Below, one piece after another: positions 37,560 to 45,446 of a DNA stretch of 64,000 nt. Below the pieces are notes generated by a model that made no database searches, was not told where the DNA came from, and saw only the letters and a program-made list of their open reading frames with translations. Source of the stretch: Rhodospirillaceae bacterium (GTDB lineage: Bacteria; Pseudomonadota; Alphaproteobacteria; Rhodospirillales; JABHCV01); contig JABHGV010000058.1 in NCBI GenBank assembly GCA_018671895.1, forward strand, positions 12,759 to 76,758, in the 5' to 3' direction. Both the position numbers and the translations under genes were made by a program. The first letter of the stretch is position 1; every line of letters begins with the position of its first letter.

Positions 37560-37979
37560 TTACCTGATGAAACCGCCGGGATTCCCCGGTCTGTCCTGTT
37601 TGCGTCCGCTGTTGCCGCCGGCTTCCCCTCGCCCGCCGACGACTTTATCGAGGGTGCGCTCGACCTGAACGCGCACCTGATTGACCGTCCGGCAGCGACG
37701 TTCATCGTCCGCGTCGAAGGGGCATCGATGACCGGGGCCGGAATTCTGGATGGCGACTTGCTGATTGTCGACCGTTCGCTGGAGGCAAGGCCGGGGCATA
37801 TCGTCGTTGCCGTCCTGAATGGCGACCTGACGGTGAAGCGGCTGATCCGCACGGTGACGGGGCTGGCGCTAAAGGCCGAGCACCCTGACTATCCCCCGAT
37901 CGCGATTACGGCGGATGCCGATTGCGCCATATGGGGAGTCGTCACCGGCTCGGCACGACGTTTTCGCAGCGACAAGTAA
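37554..37979 (+). CDS. umuD: translesion polymerase V accessory subunit UmuD (S24 LexA-like peptidase)
   Basis: AAGFPSPADD (Ala-Gly cleavage-site context), catalytic Ser in GASM and Lys in TVKRL. The ORF-track TTG start at 37518 coincides with the -35 hexamer. Confidence 0.85.
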   Translation: MFLPDETAGIPRSVLFASAVAAGFPSPADDFIEGALDLNAHLIDRPAATFIVRVEGASMTGAGILDGDLLIVDRSLEARPGHIVVAVLNGDLTVKRLIRTVTGLALKAEHPDYPPIAITADADCAIWGVVTGSARRFRSDK

Positions 37980-37984
37980 GACCG

Positions 37985-39268
37985 ATGTTCGCGCTGGTCG
38001 ACTGCAACAATTTCTATGTTTCCTGCGAGAGGCTGTTCGACCCTAGATTGGAAGGCTGCCCCGTCGTCGTCTTGTCGAACAACGACGGCTGTATCATCGC
38101 GCGTTCGAACGAGGCCAAGGCACTGGGCATCGCCATGGGAACGCCGCTGTTCAAGGCGATGCCTGAAATTCGTCGCCATGGGATCAAGGTCTATTCATCC
38201 AATTATTCCCTGTATGGCGACATATCGGCGCGCGTGATGAGGACGCTTGAGGCTTTCAGCCCCGATATTGAAATCTATTCCATCGATGAAGCGTTTCTCA
38301 ATCTCGGCGGACTGGAACGTCACGGCATCGCCGACCATGGCCGGGAACTGCACAGAACCGTCAAACGCTGGACCGGCATTCCGGTTTCCGTCGGCATCGC
38401 ACCTACCAAAACCCTGGCCAAGATCGCCGCCGGAATCGCCAAGAAAAACCCTGACCTGGGCGGTGCCCTTCTGATTGATGATGAACAGGCCCGGCGCCAG
38501 GCGCTGGCGGCGACCGATATCGGCGACGTGTGGGGCATCGGAAGACGCTGGGCAAAGATGCTGGGCACCAACGCCATATCGACGGCGCTCGATTTCCACG
38601 ACATGCCCGCGCCCTGGGTTCGGGGGCGCATGGGCGTCGTCGGGGCACGCACCCACATGGAACTGACCGGAACCCCTTGTATCGACCTGCAAACCCGCCC
38701 GCCGGACAAACAAACACTGTGCGTGTCGCGTTCTTTCTCGCAGACGGTGAGCGAACGCCGGGTGCTGCGCGAAAGCATCGCCGCTTTCGCCGCCCGTGCC
38801 GCCGAAAAGTTACGCCGGGGCGGCCTGTTCACAACTGCCGTCAATGTCTTCGTCAGAACCAACGGCTATCGCACCGACCAGACTCAATACCGCAATGCCG
38901 CGACCCGTGCGCTGGCGACGCCGGGCAGCCACACCGTCGATATCGTCGGCGCGGCGATGGCGGCGTTCGATGACATTTACCGGGACGGCCTGCAATACAA
39001 ACAGGCCGGTGTGATGTTGCTCGACCTGAACCGGCCAGACGCTATCCAGCCCGACATGTTTGCCCCCACCCATAAACGAAACGACAAACTGATGACGGTC
39101 CTTGATGATATCAACGCCCGCCTTGGAAGCGATGTTCTGCGTCTGGCGGCTTCCGGCACCGGGGCAGGAACTGGCAATGGTGGCAAACGGCGAACCTTTA
39201 CAGTGCAAAGCCACCGCTCGCCGCGCTACACCACCAACTGGCGGGAACTGCCCATCGCCAGGGCTTGA
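37985..39268 (+). CDS. umuC: Y-family DNA polymerase V catalytic subunit UmuC
   Basis: MFALVDCNNFYVSCERLFDP, VVVLSNNDGC and SIDEAFL are present. Confidence 0.9.
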   Translation: MFALVDCNNFYVSCERLFDPRLEGCPVVVLSNNDGCIIARSNEAKALGIAMGTPLFKAMPEIRRHGIKVYSSNYSLYGDISARVMRTLEAFSPDIEIYSIDEAFLNLGGLERHGIADHGRELHRTVKRWTGIPVSVGIAPTKTLAKIAAGIAKKNPDLGGALLIDDEQARRQALAATDIGDVWGIGRRWAKMLGTNAISTALDFHDMPAPWVRGRMGVVGARTHMELTGTPCIDLQTRPPDKQTLCVSRSFSQTVSERRVLRESIAAFAARAAEKLRRGGLFTTAVNVFVRTNGYRTDQTQYRNAATRALATPGSHTVDIVGAAMAAFDDIYRDGLQYKQAGVMLLDLNRPDAIQPDMFAPTHKRNDKLMTVLDDINARLGSDVLRLAASGTGAGTGNGGKRRTFTVQSHRSPRYTTNWRELPIARA

Positions 39269-39339
39269 AAAAGTCCTGAAACTGGCAATAACGAGCATTT
39301 GGCGCTAAAATGTCTGGGGTATTGCAAACGGGATAAACC

Positions 39340-39945
39340 ATGGCTATCGAAGGCGTCAGCGCCTATCTGAATTCCATCTACACGACGCACCGCGTCGTTT
39401 CGGCCAAGCACACCACCACCTTCGGCGGTGAAATCAGTGGTGGCCGCACCATTGAGGACGTCGTCACGCTGAGCCCGGCCGCACAGGAAGTGCTGAAGAA
39501 CCAGTCTGAAAAGGTGCCGCTCGATACAGAAGGCAACCCCATCCTGAATGAAGCCAAACCGGCCACCAGCAACAACAGCAACATCGTCGCCGCCAATCTG
39601 GAAGGCCGCGACCTGACCGGAACCGACCTGACCGGCGCTGCCCTGAATTATGCCAACCTGAAAGACGCCAACCTGGACAACACGGTTCTGAATGGCGCAT
39701 CGCTTGCCAAGGCCGACGTCACCGGCGCGACCTTCATCAATGCTGATTTACGCGGCGCAAACCTTAGCGGCGTGACCGGCCTGACGGCGGAGCAACTGGC
39801 CTCTGCCCGTGTCGATATTTCAACGGTGCTACCGATTGCGGTGGTGCGGGTGGAAGAAACTTATGACGAGCCCGGAAAACGCGGATTGCTGTATGCAAAG
39901 CTCAACGGGTTTGATGGAAATTCACCCTACGCGGATGATTATTAG
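39340..39945 (+). CDS. pentapeptide repeat protein
   Basis: Run of A(D/N)LxG-type pentapeptides: NLEGRDLTGTDLTGAALNYANLKDANLDNTVLNGASLAKADVTGATFINADLRGANLSG. Confidence 0.8.
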   Translation: MAIEGVSAYLNSIYTTHRVVSAKHTTTFGGEISGGRTIEDVVTLSPAAQEVLKNQSEKVPLDTEGNPILNEAKPATSNNSNIVAANLEGRDLTGTDLTGAALNYANLKDANLDNTVLNGASLAKADVTGATFINADLRGANLSGVTGLTAEQLASARVDISTVLPIAVVRVEETYDEPGKRGLLYAKLNGFDGNSPYADDY

Positions 39946-39948
39946 GCC

Positions 39949-41334
39949 TTAAAGCAGGAACCAGGCGGCCAACCCCAGAAACGAGGCAAAGCCAACAACA
40001 TCGGTAACGGTCGTCAGCAGGACACTGGATGCGACCGCCGGGTCGATGCCATTGCGTTCCAGAAACAGCGGGATTGTCGTCCCGGCCAGTCCGGCGACAA
40101 CCATATTAACGATCATCGCCATGGCAATGACGACACCAATCGCCTGACTGTCGAACCAGAACCAGGCGACACCCCCAGTCAGCGCGGCAAACAAAACGCC
40201 ATTGAAGCCACTGACAATCAGCTCCTTGCCGACGACGCGAAGCGCGTTGGTGGTCGTCAGTTCCTTCATCGCCAGTGCACGCACGGTAACGGTCAGGGTC
40301 TGCGTGCCGGCGTTGCCGCCCATGGACGCAACAATCGGCATCAACACCGCCAGCGCGACGATCTGATCGATGGTGCCTTCGAAAAACCCGATAATGACGG
40401 ATGCCAGAATGGCCGTACCCAGATTGACCAGCAGCCACGAAAAACGCGACCGCACGGTATCGACAGCGGCATCGTACAGATCATCTTCGCGTACACCACC
40501 CATGCGCATGATGTCTTCTTCGTGTTCTTCATGGATAACGTCGACAACGTCATCGACGGTAATCGCCCCGACCAGTCGCCCGTCGTCATCGATAACCGGG
40601 GCCGACACAAGGTCGCGTTGGCGAAACAGGAAAGCGACTTCTTCCTGATCCATGGCGACCGGGATCAGCTTCATTTCCTCGGTCATGGTGTCGATGACCT
40701 TATCGGAGCGCTTGCCCCTGAGCAGTCTGCTCAGCGGAATACTGCCCAGCGGTTTGAACTGCGGATCGATAACGAAGATGTCGTAGAATTGTTCGGGCAA
40801 AGAGCCCCCGTCATCGGTTTGTTCACGCATGAAGTCGATGGTTTCGCCAATCGTCCAGAATTCCGGAACGGTAACGACTTCGCGCTGCATCAAACGACCG
40901 GCACTGTCTTCGGGATAGGCGAGGCCTTCTTCAATCAGTGCCCTGTCGCCAACAGGAATGGCATCAAGGACCTGCTTCTGATCCTCTTCATCCAAATCCT
41001 CAACGACTTGCACCGCGTCATCGGTTTCCAGTTCGACAACGGCGGAGGCAACGTAATCGACACCCAGATGTTCGATGATGTCTTCACGAACGGCATCATC
41101 CAGTTCGGACAGAACATCGGCGTCCAGATCGACACCGATGACATTGACCAACGCCTGGCGTTCGTCCGCGCTCAAATGTTCCAGAACGTCGGCAAGGTCG
41201 GAATAGTGCAACGGCGCGATGAGTTCCTGAACCCGCTCGCGTTCGCCCGATGCAATGGCATCGACGAGAAGTTGCTCGTCTATGACATGGACCGGATTGG
41301 CCACTCCATCAGTGTGCTCGGTGTCGGTGCTCAC
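39949..41334 (-). CDS. mgtE: magnesium transporter MgtE
   Basis: N-domain followed by a CBS pair and five TM helices, with MGGNAGTQT. GTG start with a GAGGG SD. Confidence 0.9.
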   Translation of the reverse strand: MSTDTEHTDGVANPVHVIDEQLLVDAIASGERERVQELIAPLHYSDLADVLEHLSADERQALVNVIGVDLDADVLSELDDAVREDIIEHLGVDYVASAVVELETDDAVQVVEDLDEEDQKQVLDAIPVGDRALIEEGLAYPEDSAGRLMQREVVTVPEFWTIGETIDFMREQTDDGGSLPEQFYDIFVIDPQFKPLGSIPLSRLLRGKRSDKVIDTMTEEMKLIPVAMDQEEVAFLFRQRDLVSAPVIDDDGRLVGAITVDDVVDVIHEEHEEDIMRMGGVREDDLYDAAVDTVRSRFSWLLVNLGTAILASVIIGFFEGTIDQIVALAVLMPIVASMGGNAGTQTLTVTVRALAMKELTTTNALRVVGKELIVSGFNGVLFAALTGGVAWFWFDSQAIGVVIAMAMIVNMVVAGLAGTTIPLFLERNGIDPAVASSVLLTTVTDVVGFASFLGLAAWFLL

Positions 41335-41349
41335 TGTCCGCCCTCACAT

Positions 41350-41390
41350 AAACAAAAAACAGGCCCGTCGCTCTTTCAAGCGGCGAGCCT
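41350..41390 (-). terminator. intrinsic-terminator-like hairpin about 16 nt upstream of the mgtE start (candidate attenuator)
   Basis: Minus strand: AGGCTCGCCGC-TTGAAAGA-GCGACGGGCCT (11-bp stem with one mismatch and one wobble), followed by GTTTTTTGTTT. Confidence 0.5.
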
Positions 41391-41599
41391 GGGTGATGGT
41401 GCGGTCACAACGACCCAAACTTCCACCCCGTTATCAGAATAGCGGCCTCAACGTTTAGCCACTATCGGAGACTCGCCAAATTCTGCGAGTTTTATAATAG
41501 ATGAAATGGGTCAAGTCACGCTTCGTGGGCCAAGAATGTTGAGAGCGTCGCAACACCCCATTTGAACCATTTGTTTCAATGTTTATTTATTTTGCAACA

Positions 41600-41615
41600 T
41601 GTGATGCACGTCACA
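41600..41615. promoter_or_regulatory. perfect TGTGA-N6-TCACA palindrome (CRP/FNR-family type site)
   Basis: TGTGATGCACGTCACA lies in the AT-rich region about 270 nt upstream of mgtE. Confidence 0.35.
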
Positions 41616-41884
41616 CCCGATAAATTCAAATGAGACTAGGTTCCCTCCACGATGCGACGACGACATTGTGAAGTATTTGAAATTAGGTGCGACATGTTAA
41701 GAATTTTATATGCTGTGGTTCTGATGTTTTCCTACGCGCTGGGTTTTTCCAGCCGGGATTTTTCTAACCGCGTGTACTACACGCCCAGAGACTAGACGAG
41801 ACAATCACAACAAGCGAAATCAATTCGCATCGAAACCGGACCCTGCCGAAAGACTTCGGTTCAAGAAAAAGGGTGAACTTCAAA

Positions 41885-41926
41885 AAATCATAAAAATACC
41901 CCGCCCCAGTTTTCCTGGAGCGGGGT
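41885..41926 (-). terminator. intrinsic terminator downstream of tRNA-Leu
   Basis: ACCCCGC..CCAG-TTTTC-CTGG..GCGGGGT hairpin, with a T-run on the minus strand (TATTTTTATGATTTTTT). Confidence 0.6.
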
Positions 41927-41931
41927 GTTTT

Positions 41932-42018
41932 TGGTGCGGTCGAGAAGACTCGAACTTCCACCCTATTGCTAGGACAGCGACCTCAACGCTGCGCGTCTAC
42001 CAATTCCGCCACGACCGC
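41932..42018 (-). tRNA. tRNA-Leu (anticodon GAG), 87 nt with a long variable arm and encoded CCA
   Basis: I folded it by hand. Acceptor stem is GCGGTCG/CGACCGC and the anticodon loop is TTGAGGT. The variable arm is TCCTAGCAATAGGGT, the T-arm is GGAAG-TTCGAGT-CTTCT, and the 3' end is ACCA. Confidence 0.92.
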
Positions 42019-42121
42019 TTATTCCTTTAAGTATATTCGAAAAATGTTACGTTCTCGAATGGTGGGGAATAGCAAATCCCGAGGGGTCAGGCAAGCATCA
42101 CCGCAAAGGTTTTTCAACGAT

Positions 42122-42769
42122 ATGGAATGGTTTGTTTCCAAACAACGCGTCGCTTATGAGGCGGCGTCTGATTTTATGCAGCAAAGGGCCGCCGATATCC
42201 GCGCCGGATCTGCGCCTGACGCCGTCTGGCTGCTTGAACACCCGCCCTTGTATACCGCAGGAACCAGCGCATCGGAGGCCGATTTGCTGGATGCCGGCCC
42301 CTTCCCCGTTTATCAGACCGGCCGTGGCGGCCAGTATACCTATCACGGGCCCGGACAGCGCATCGCCTATGTCATGGTCGATCTGAAAAATCGGAATTCC
42401 GACGTCCGCGCCTATGTCCGCGATCTGGAAGCCTGGATCATCGCCGCACTGGCGCGCTTTGGCGTGACCGGAGAGCGACGCGAAGGACGAGTCGGCATCT
42501 GGGTTGCCCACGATGATGGCCGGGAAGACAAAATCGCCGCCATTGGCGTGCGCGTCCGCCGCTGGGTGACCTTTCACGGCATATCCATCAACGTCGCGCC
42601 TGATCTATCCCACTATCAGGGCATCGTGCCATGTGGCATCAGTGGCCATGGGGTGACATCGCTGGCGGAACTGGGGATCGAAGCGAGCATGGCCGATATG
42701 GATGTGGCGCTGAAAGAAACCTTTGCCGAGGTCTTTGCCATGACACCGGGGGCGGACATAGAACTCTAG
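42122..42769 (+). CDS. lipB: lipoyl(octanoyl) transferase
   Basis: [25 protein letters not shown] and KIAAIGVR are present. I chose the start downstream of the tRNA (42122; 42059 is also possible). Confidence 0.85.
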   Translation: MEWFVSKQRVAYEAASDFMQQRAADIRAGSAPDAVWLLEHPPLYTAGTSASEADLLDAGPFPVYQTGRGGQYTYHGPGQRIAYVMVDLKNRNSDVRAYVRDLEAWIIAALARFGVTGERREGRVGIWVAHDDGREDKIAAIGVRVRRWVTFHGISINVAPDLSHYQGIVPCGISGHGVTSLAELGIEASMADMDVALKETFAEVFAMTPGADIEL

Positions 42770-43038
42770 GCAGTCGGCAGGGATTTAAACCCGTCTTCAG
42801 TGGGATCACAGGGTTCCAGGGCGAGCGCATCGACAACGGCCAGATGCGGCCCTTCCCGGCACAGCGCCAACATTGCATCGACATCCGCATCATCACCGCT
42901 AAACACCGCTTCGACACTGCCGTCACGGCGATTGCGAACCCATCCGGACAAACCCTTGATATCAGCCTGCTGACACGTCCAGGCGCGATACCAGACGCCC
43001 TGCACGCGCCCTGTAATGCGCACATGAATGGACTTCAT
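42766..43038 (-). CDS. acyP: acylphosphatase
   Basis: [13 protein letters not shown] is the phosphate loop, with [12 protein letters not shown] following. ATGA overlap with the upstream gene. Confidence 0.85.
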   Translation of the reverse strand: MKSIHVRITGRVQGVWYRAWTCQQADIKGLSGWVRNRRDGSVEAVFSGDDADVDAMLALCREGPHLAVVDALALEPCDPTEDGFKSLPTA

Positions 43039-43340
43039 CAGATACCCGGTAAATTGTGGAAGCCGAGCCAGACCGGCTCGTCGCCGGTGACCTCGCATTC
43101 AATGACAGATTTGATGCCGTCTGGTGGATCGCCATCGGAGAATTGTCGCAGCATATCAAGAACCAGGGCAACTTCTCCGGCGAACAGGGCCTCGGTGGTT
43201 TCATTGGATGACCGATCCCTGGACCATCCATGAACGCCCAGGTTTTCGGCCCGTGACAACATCCAGCCGTGCATGCCCACCCGGTTAAAATCGCCTTCTA
43301 TGGCGACCCGAACGACCATTTCATGACTTCCGAATGACAT
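43038..43340 (-). CDS. acylphosphatase-like protein with substituted catalytic residues
   Basis: VAIEGDFNRVGMH replaces the VxGxVQGVxFR loop, and GWSRDRSSNETTE replaces GWVxNxxDGxVE. The start directly abuts the pccA stop (TAAATG). Confidence 0.55.
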   Translation of the reverse strand: MSFGSHEMVVRVAIEGDFNRVGMHGWMLSRAENLGVHGWSRDRSSNETTEALFAGEVALVLDMLRQFSDGDPPDGIKSVIECEVTGDEPVWLGFHNLPGI

Positions 43341-45338
43341 TTACTCGAACTCGATAATAACCTGATCAACGGCGAGATTATCACCGGGGACGGCCTTGAC
43401 GGCGGCAACGACTCCGTCCTGTTCAGCGTGCAAAACATTTTCCATTTTCATTGCCTCGATCACCGCCAGGGTATCGCCGCCCTTGACCTTTTGGCCTTCC
43501 TTGACGGCAAGCGACATCAACAGGCCGGGCATTGGCGAGGCAACAATCTTCGACATGTCAGGTGCGACTTTTATCGGCATCAGGGCATACAATTGCGCAG
43601 CCTTTGATTTCAGCACCCTGACATCAATACTGAGACCCGAATGGGTCAGCCGATAGGCAACGCCGCTGCGTTCGACCTGCAGGCAGACGATGCGGCCATT
43701 AATTTGGGCATGATACAGGGGCTCACCCAATTGCCAGTCGCTACGAACATGCCAGTTTTCTTCGCCATCGTCGGAATTGATCGTGACATCATGACCACCG
43801 GTGACGACCTGTGTCGAAACCGAATGGCTTTCGCCATCCATCAATACTATCCAGTCCGCCAAGACTGTCCGTTCGTGTCCATCACATTGGCCACTGATGG
43901 ATGCGGCACGTTCCTGATAGGCCCGGTGGATAGACGCAGCAACAGCCATCAACAGGCCCGGTTCATCGTGGGGAACGTCGGCACTGTTGAAACTGTCGCC
44001 ATATTCATCGGCAATAAAATCGGTGCTGAGCTTGCCCGACTGAAAACGGGAATGCGACATGATCGCCGCCAGAAAAGCGATGTTATGATCGACGCCACGA
44101 ATGTAAAAAGCGTCCAATGCCTGGCCCATTCGCGCGATGGCCTCATCCCTGTCAGAACCATACGTGACCAGTTTGGCGATCATCGGATCATAATGAATTG
44201 AGATTTCATCGCCTTCGGTCACGCCGGTATCAAGCCTAACGTTGGCATTTTCTTCCGGACCAACGAAGTGCGAAAGACGACCAATGGACGGCAGGAACCC
44301 GCGGAACGGATTTTCAGCATAGACGCGGGATTCCATCGCCCAGCCTTTTGGCGAAATATCCGTTTGCTTCAACGTCATTTTTTTACCAGCCGCGATCCTG
44401 ATCATCTGTTCAACCAAATCGATACCGGTCACCATTTCGGTCACCGGGTGTTCGACCTGCAGCCGAGTATTCATTTCCAGAAAATAGAAATTGCGTTTGT
44501 TGTCGACGATAAATTCGACGGTCCCGGCCGACACGTACTTAACTGCCTTCGACAGCTTGACGGCCTGTTCCCCCATGGCGGCACGGGTTTTCTCGTCAAG
44601 AAACGGACTGGGTGCTTCTTCGATGACCTTTTGGTGTCGGCGCTGGATGGAGCATTCGCGCTCACCCAGATAAATGGTATTGCCGTGGCTGTCGGCGAGA
44701 ACCTGAATTTCAATGTGACGCGGTTGTTCGATGAACTTTTCAACAAACACCCGGTCATCGCCAAAACTGGACTTGGCCTCGCGTCGGGCGGCGCTGAAAC
44801 CATCGCGGGCTTCGGCATCGTTGCGCGCAATTCGCATGCCCTTGCCGCCACCACCGGCAGACGCCTTCAACATTACCGGATAACCAACCTTCTTTGCTGC
44901 CTTGACCGCCTGGGCCGGCGTGTCCAATTCGGCAGCGTGACCGGGAACCGTGCTGACGCCAGCTTTGTCGGCCAGCTTCTTCGATTCAATCTTGTCACCC
45001 ATCTTGGTAATCGCGTGAACGCCGGGGCCGATAAAGGCAATGCCGTTACGCTTTAGCTTGCGGGCAAAGGAAGCGTTTTCAGACAAGAAGCCATAGCCGG
45101 GATGAACGGCATCGGCCTTGGTTTTCTTGATAGCCCCAAGAATCTTGTCAATATCGAGATAGCTCTGAGAAGATGGCGCCGGACCAATTGCAATGGATTC
45201 ATCTGCCATTTCCACATGTAGCGCATCGGAGTCAGCATCGGAATAGACGGCAACCGTCTTGATACCCATACGTCTGGCGGTTTTTATGACCCGGCAAGCA
45301 ATTTCACCCCGGTTGGCGATAAGTATTTTTTTGAACAT
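43341..45338 (-). CDS. pccA: propionyl-CoA (acyl-CoA) carboxylase alpha subunit (biotin carboxylase + BCCP)
   Basis: MFKKILIANRGEIACR, an ATP-grasp domain, and a C-terminal biotinylation motif EAMKMEN. Confidence 0.9.
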   Translation of the reverse strand: MFKKILIANRGEIACRVIKTARRMGIKTVAVYSDADSDALHVEMADESIAIGPAPSSQSYLDIDKILGAIKKTKADAVHPGYGFLSENASFARKLKRNGIAFIGPGVHAITKMGDKIESKKLADKAGVSTVPGHAAELDTPAQAVKAAKKVGYPVMLKASAGGGGKGMRIARNDAEARDGFSAARREAKSSFGDDRVFVEKFIEQPRHIEIQVLADSHGNTIYLGERECSIQRRHQKVIEEAPSPFLDEKTRAAMGEQAVKLSKAVKYVSAGTVEFIVDNKRNFYFLEMNTRLQVEHPVTEMVTGIDLVEQMIRIAAGKKMTLKQTDISPKGWAMESRVYAENPFRGFLPSIGRLSHFVGPEENANVRLDTGVTEGDEISIHYDPMIAKLVTYGSDRDEAIARMGQALDAFYIRGVDHNIAFLAAIMSHSRFQSGKLSTDFIADEYGDSFNSADVPHDEPGLLMAVAASIHRAYQERAASISGQCDGHERTVLADWIVLMDGESHSVSTQVVTGGHDVTINSDDGEENWHVRSDWQLGEPLYHAQINGRIVCLQVERSGVAYRLTHSGLSIDVRVLKSKAAQLYALMPIKVAPDMSKIVASPMPGLLMSLAVKEGQKVKGGDTLAVIEAMKMENVLHAEQDGVVAAVKAVPGDNLAVDQVIIEFE

Positions 45339-45446
45339 TCGGTGCCTCAGGCAATGTGACCTGTAAATTTCATTATCAACATAATCCGCTATCCGTCGTG
45401 GTCTAGCAAGACCCGCCATTTACTTTGATTAGCACAAACGCATATT

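Noticed and set aside
39269-39945. The pentapeptide-repeat gene downstream of umuDC as an SOS-regulated Qnr-like factor.
   Set aside because: There is no GTTC-N7-GTTC box in its upstream region. Only about half of the protein is pentapeptide repeat, and the N-terminal part is unrelated to Qnr or MfpA.
41460-41931. The region next to tRNA-Leu as the remnant of an integrated element.
   Set aside because: There is no integrase, and I could not find a convincing duplicated copy of the tRNA 3' end. Low GC alone is not sufficient evidence.
41764-42121. A 65-aa minus-strand ORF (41764-41961), and the first 52 codons of the 267-aa lipB ORF (from 41966).
   Set aside because: Both overlap the tRNA-Leu gene and its terminator. 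LipB homology only begins at [10 protein letters not shown] (42122).
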